Below are positions 57,701 through 64,000 of a stretch of DNA of 64,000 nt, one piece after another. The DNA is taken from NCBI GenBank assembly GCA_013265495.1, contig MU058257.1, positions 1,505,262 through 1,569,261 on the forward strand, in the 5' to 3' direction. This DNA comes from Vicugna vicugna. Lineage: Eukaryota. Made by a program: the position numbers and the translations under genes. Numbering within the stretch: the first letter of the stretch is position 1; the number at the start of each line of letters is the position of its first letter. Under the pieces are notes generated by a model. It had not been told where the DNA came from. It did no database searches and saw only the letters and a program-made list of their open reading frames with translations.

Positions 57701-60700
57701 TTTTATTATTATTCTTACCACTAAAATAATGTAATTGGTTCAATTATATTGCTACACGATGCTCAACTAAATGATCTTTTTCACCTTTTCAGAGGGTCTC
57801 CAAGTTTTTCTGACCCTAATGAGAGACACTAACTATTAGTGAGCTAAAGTATCTCAGAGAAAATATTTATTTGAATGTTGACAGCATGAATTAAGCCATG
57901 TTTGGGGGGTATCACATTTGGTGGGAAACAATCCCAGGGGGAATCTGTTTTCAAGTCCCCGAAGTATCTCAAATAGGATTCCAGAAGGCTCTGTGTTAAT
58001 GCTGCCACGGCTTGATTAATTGGCCAAATCGCCAGGGAGAAGTCATTTCCCGTCGTGTATGGAAAACAACTGAGAACATCTGGGGAGAGGCAGCTGAAAA
58101 TGATAAATCTGTGGCCACCTCAAAGGAAATAAAATCAGGAGATGTGTGATATATCTCTACTTCAAGGTCATTATATTCTTCTATGGTAAAAAAAAATTTA
58201 TAAAAAAAGAATTCAAGTATTCTTAAGGACAGACAACATGAGATAATAAACAAGACTTTGTAAAATATGAAGATCTTCTTGTATTACAGAGGGAAGCTAA
58301 CAGCTGTTACACTTGTAAAGGCAATGCAGTTCCCTATAACATAAGCTGGCTCCCCAGAACCCAGAGCCAGGGCCGAGTAATTCCGGATGAAATGAAGAAT
58401 CACTCAGGACCTGCAATACCGAACAGTGCCCGTGAGCTGAGTCCCCTGAGCCAAACGTCTGCCATTTTCATCTCAAGCTAATACTGATCAAATGGAACGG
58501 CAAACACTGCACTGAACACAGTCCATGAAATTACCATTTATCACAGAAATGAAACATTTCCTGTCTTGAAACATACACACCATGACGCCACACAACCCCG
58601 GGCAGGAGACGGGTCTTCAGAAGAACAGCTGGTCTGATTTATGAAGCTCTCCAACCACAGAGAACAGCAAACACCGAGTATCGTGCACCTGTGACACGCC
58701 GAGTGGAACCTCGAAGTCATGTTCCAAGACGTGAGTGGGCGTCTCCAGGATCACTCGAGGGTCAGGCACGGGGGAGCCTTCGTGTCTGACATCTAGTCCA
58801 ACGTGCAGTCATGTGCAGGAATCTCCTTCACTCCCCGCTTCCCTTTCTCCCAGGCTCCACGACACGCGAAGGAAGCCTGACACAGAGAACGTCCTGAGAC
58901 CACTGAACTCGACAGCCGACTCCAGCGTCCCACGTCTCCTACCCACATGGTCCCAGACGCCGGACCACGTGAGTACCTCTCTACACGTCAGCAATACTGA
59001 GGCCGCTTGTTCTGCATGGAGAACCTGCCTCTACACGGCTCAGCTCCCCCCACACACCATGGCTGAGGGCACCCAGTAGGTGACAGGATTCTAATCAGCG
59101 TAATCAATCTGTTGCAGGTGTGGCTTCTTCACCAGAATGACACCCACTGGTTTTCTTTGGAACATTTCTGAAAAAATAGTCTGATTTATGGATTATTGAA
59201 ATGTACTGATTCTCTAATCTGAGCAGTCTTGCCTTTCTAACAACAACACTTCAATCCTTATTGAGGTGACATTTTTAAATGATTTATTTTGGGGTGAAAT
59301 AAGCAACACATGGGTAAGGAAACAACATTTATCTCAGTGGTAAATTAGAAGACCCTATATTAAAAAAAATTGATAACTATTTTCCTTCAAAAAATCAATT
59401 TCTCCTTGGCTTTAAAATAATTTCAAAATAATAACTGATTTGTTAGTGTAGAAACTAAAATACTTTCAAAGTTTTATTTAACTCAATAAAAAAATTAAAA
59501 ATCTAAACATGTATTTCTTGCTACCGGTAAGTGCGAATCACTTCATAAAAAGGCAAGAAACCTGAAGATTTTTTAATTTTACTATTTTAAAATAATAAAA
59601 GACAAAATAATTGCTAGAATATAGAGGACTTGTGATGCGCCAATTACTAAAGAATCCACTTCTCCGGTCCTCAGTACAGCCTCAACTTAATCCTTAACAG
59701 TGCAACCCTTAAATACAGACCAACAGACAAAACATAAGGGAATTTTTCTATGAATTAAGGTTGTGCAAGTCATTTTTCCATATGCAACCACATGACAAGT
59801 TCCCAACTCTTTGAGCTCAACATAGTTTGGAGAAGCAAAATATTTGCAGATGAAGTTTACCAACCACACCGCCTAAAGTTGCGTCTCAAAGCATCTGGAC
59901 CTACCCAAGCACGTGCAGAGCTGTCATGCATGACCGCCACGTCTTACTCACCTCCCCGGCCCCGCTTCTTAATCAGAATGAAGGAAACCAACCTTCTCTA
60001 CCTCATAAGTTTGCAAGGGTGGACCCGTGGATGGCACCACAGGCAAATTTTCAGAAAAAAGAGAAAGAACCAATCTTACTGAACATCCATAATGCGCCAC
60101 TAACTGCATATGCAGTCTTTCTTATTATGAGGAAACGAAGCTTAGAAAAGATTTCGGATCTCTCTGCAGCAAGCAGGTCTGGGAGTGTGCAAACTGCACG
60201 GTGGCCAGGGCTCTTCCGATCCACCACGTTTTCACTCTATTTTACTCAGGAAAGAGCGACCCAGAACTGTTAAATACTGGACGTGACCCTAGTCAGCCAG
60301 GGCCAGGGTCTGTGAGAAAAGGAAATGTAAAATTTATGTTGTAAAAAAAATACGGAATTCAGAACATATAATACATGTACTTTCATGCAGACTGAGAATC
60401 ACTATTAAACGATTTTTGTGTGTGGATTTTCACTTCAGGAGAAACAAACAACGGACGTCAGGAAATCCGGGTGGCAGGATTACAAGCGGTGTTTACCGTG
60501 TCTCTTTCTAGGGTTAAGTATTTTATAATGAGCATGAACCCTTTTAGAAATAAAGGGTTTTTTTATTCCTTAAACCTTACACTTTCATTAATTTCGTACT
60601 GCATAATACCCCTAACATTGTAATTTCTCTGAAAAGTGACTTTTTGAAGAATCAAGAAACTAGTAAGAAAATAAACATTAGACGGAGGGACAGAAGATGG

Positions 60701-60866
60701 GACCGTTCACTGGTCCTGATGTACGTTGTACTGAATCAGCCCTAGAACTTCAGCAGAGATTTTTTTCTTTAAGTCAGCGTTTCGGTGTCGTACCTGAATG
60801 GCAGAAAAGTTCAAGAAGAGAAAAAGGCTGGGAAGATGCCACACCACACACGTGAGAAGACATTTC

Positions 60867-61048
60867 TGGGGGAGGGCACAGCTCAGGGGGAGGACGCAGC
60901 TCAGGGGCAGAGCGCGTGCTTAGCAAGCACAAGGTTCTGGGTTCAAACCCCAGTGTCTCCACTCAAAAATAAAATGAATAAATAAAACTAGTCACCCCCC
61001 ACCGAAAACAAAAAACAAGCAAACCAAAAAACAAAACAAAACAAAACA
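60867..61048 (+). mobile_element. tRNA-derived SINE (Vic-1 type) with duplicated 5' head
   Basis: ggggagggcacagctca ggggaggacgcagctca...gggttcaaaccccag, (CAAAA)n tail; TSD agaaga(ca/tg)tttc. Confidence 0.85.
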
Positions 61049-62341
61049 AGAAGATGTTTCAGTTAAACAGAACCAAGACCCCCGAGGCTCCCCCCGGGAA
61101 CCAAGATGGATAGATTTTTTTTACCCCTTTTCCTTGATGATAAATACTATTTCAGCATTATTAATTTTGAAGGGCTTACTAAAAACCCTTTTACAGTTCC
61201 CAAAGTTCTACACCTCATTATTCAAATGGTTAATAAACAGGCACAGAGCAGCACGTGGTCCTGTAACGGAACCCACTCGTGTAAACGCCAATTAGAGCCC
61301 GTGTCAGTTTACGACTTTCCAGGGCAATCCTGTAATTTCACAAATGCAACGCAGTCATTAACTTACTTGAAACCAGTAAACGTCTTGGATGGAGTAAGTA
61401 GCTTCCAAAAAAAAAAAAAATCTCATTTTCACTCAATTTTCTAGTTAAATTTGATGAAGCAAAAGCAAGTGGGCAGATATCCTGGGCATCAAGAGACTGA
61501 ATTCTCACAAACAAAATGAAGCCTGCTGTACATTTGACACTAGACGCACGGCAGTGACGATCAGTCCGTGTGCTCAATTTTAAATCGCAGTTCGAAAGTT
61601 TATAATAAATGTAGAGGCTAACATTAATAAAGCTAATTAGCCGTGTTCTGCATTGTCCTTAGCCTGGAACATGACACATGTGCCAAACAAAAATTAAGAG
61701 ATTAAACAGACACACTAATTCAAACTAATAAATACGCGTTATAGTTGGTGCGGTGCCTTAGCCTAGTGGTTAAAAGCAGAATTGCCGCACAGAATGGTTC
61801 CGGCCAGTTACGTAACGTCTCCATCTTAGTGAACCCATTTTATACACTGGGAATCTACTGAGTTTCTGTGAGGACCAAATGAGTTAATTAACATCAAATA
61901 CTTGGAAAACTGCCTACTACATAAATAAAACTAAAACTTCACGTGTGATATGTCATTTGGTTTTAAAAATAATTCTGTCTTCTACCTTACATAGAACAGA
62001 AGTTCGGTGAGAGTGACTGAAATACGCTGTGCTCTCTGAGACAGCCGAGCACCGATGCAAGGTGACTTCTATCTTTTTCACCTTACTTTTGATATTTTCC
62101 TCCAGTTTTGTTTTAATCATATAAGTTTTCAATTTCACACAGTAACTAATAAAATGCATTTTAGTGAATGTATCATTCCAAATTTTTCAGAAACCATTTT
62201 TAATAATTTAGTATTTCATCAACTCACTTATCATGGGACATTTTAAAACTCCAGAATTATGGGTTTCTAAATAAAAACACTTCATTATTTAGGATTATTT
62301 TCTGTGAAGAAAGAACAAAAATGTTTCAAAAGACATGATCA

Positions 62342-62498
62342 TTTTATTTTTTTTTGTTTTTTGAGGTTTTTTGTGGGGGGAAGGGGAGGTAATTAGGCTT
62401 ATTTATGTATTTATTTTTAGAGGAGGTACTGGGGATTGAACCCAGGACCTCATGCATGCCAAGTATGCACTCTGTCACTTGAGTTATACCCTCCCCCC
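62342..62498 (-). mobile_element. tRNA-derived SINE (Vic-1 type)
   Basis: ctggggattgaacccaggacctc...ataccctcccc; TSD gacatgatca at 62332 and 62499. Confidence 0.88.
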
Positions 62499-62994
62499 GA
62501 CATGATCACTTTGAAGGTACTTAGTTCCAGATTACTTTCTAAAAGGACCAAACCACTCGGTATCACTGCTGGCCTCATATCAAACCACCCATTTCACGGT
62601 TTTCCTTTTCTGTCTCGGGAAACACTCTCCATCAGATTCTTCCATCCATACTTGCCTTGAGGACAGACAGGATCTCTCTCAAGCACAGGGCAGGCACCCT
62701 TACCACCCAACACAAAGACCCAGGTCTCCTACCCTGGTGCTCCTCTCCCACAACAACCCACAGATCACGCAGCCTCCATCTGGGCCCCTGGGCAACGCTG
62801 CCATGGCCCAGGGGTCGGGGGCTGAACTGCGCAGCTGAACGGGCCGACGTGGTGCTTAAAGCAACGGTCTTTCCTCTCTGACCCAGGGGTCCCCTGTCTT
62901 CCCGTCAGAGTCCACGGGTCCTCGGCAGGCTGGCTTGTTAGCTGCAGCTAGGATGAAATCCTAAACCCTCTCAGTCCTTGACTGGCTGCCCTGT

Positions 62995-63099
62995 CACACT
63001 CTCTCTCACACACACAGACACTCAAACACACTAACACACTGACTCACACTCACACACACACTCACTCACACATTCACACACACACTCACAACCACACAC
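62995..63099. repeat. Degenerate (CA)n microsatellite
   Basis: Read directly. Confidence 0.85.
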
Positions 63100-63163
63100 G
63101 CCCCGTAGCTAATCTGACCAGCGGGAAGTCACACTGCTATTCTATTTGAATTCAAGATTTCTT

Positions 63164-63268
63164 AAAAAAAAAAAAAAAAAGACACAAATGAACTTATCTA
63201 CGGAACAGAAACAGACTTACAGACAGAGAGAACAAACTTATGGTTACCGGGGTAAAGAGGGTGGGAAT
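63164..63268 (+). mobile_element. L1 3'-UTR fragment
   Basis: acaaatgaacttatctacggaacagaaacagacttacagac...aacaaacttatggttacc. Confidence 0.75.
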
Positions 63269-63291
63269 TCCAACTGACAAATGAATTAGTG

Positions 63292-63721
63292 ATCTCCTCA
63301 ACTTACGATGGGGTTATGTCCCAATAAATCCACAGAAAGTCAAAAACGTAAGTCGAAAACGCATCTAATACACCTAAACTATCGAACATCACAGCTCAGC
63401 CTGGCTTGCCTTCAGTGAGCTCAGAACACTCATATTAGCCCACAGTTGGGGCTAACACAAAGCCTGTTTTATAATAAAGTGCGGGACATCTCACGTTATT
63501 TACTGACCACTGTGCTGGAGTGAAGAGCAGAGAGGCTGTCAGACACCGGCTGCTCAGCCTGCGATCGCAGGGCTGACCGCAGGCTGCGACTCCCGGCCCC
63601 TCCCTGCCCAGCGTCACGAGAGAGGACTCAGACCCACACCACCAGCCCAGGAAGAGACCCAACTTCAAAGTTCCAAGTGAGGTTCCTCACGGATGCGCAT
63701 CGAACCATCGTAAGTCGGGAA
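63292..63721 (+). mobile_element. Tigger5/MER47-family TcMar DNA transposon remnant
   Basis: ctcctcaacttacgatggggttatgtccc...gaaccatcgtaagtcggga; terminal inverted acttacgatgg / ccatcgtaagt. Confidence 0.8.
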
Positions 63722-64000
63722 CAACCAACACATTTCTAACAACTGCCCCCATGACGCCAACAGCAGAGGACCCTCCTCATCTGAAGCTGTGCGTGGCTCA
63801 CTGCAAACAGTGTGCGGCTATGAACGAACTGGAGTGGCTGCAGGTGACCCGCACCGGAGCTCTGCGACCTTATGCTCCTCATGTCAAGGTGGCTGGGCTG
63901 AGGCTGTGAAACGATTTTTACTTCCCGAGCCACAATGACCACGTTCAGACAAGACTGAACTTACTCCGCTGTCTTAGAGAAAATGACAAGAATCTGGATT

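Overview
Mammalian genomic DNA, most likely camelid: it carries six copies of a tRNA-derived SINE of the Vic-1 type. The whole window lies inside the cell-polarity gene PARD3 (Par-3) on the minus strand. It holds internal coding exons 6-16 (numbered by human PARD3, from recall), which encode PDZ1-PDZ3 and the linker before the aPKC-binding region. All have canonical AG/GT sites. No start or stop codon of the gene is in the window, and the other ORF-track entries are noise or repeat-derived. Main oddities: (1) a ~2.37-kb tandem duplication (27059-31802) with a microhomology junction that doubles the 39-nt cassette exon 12, where one copy has an extra AG that would add an in-frame stop; (2) a frame break in a shortened, GC-rich exon 9, most likely an assembly indel; (3) a 115-bp, 1-mismatch inverted repeat with no recognisable transposon origin in intron 14; (4) an antisense ERV LTR with CCAAT/octamer/TATA elements; (5) apparent absence of the +9 (GES) donor of exon 15. 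There is an 87-nt N gap at 10026-10112.
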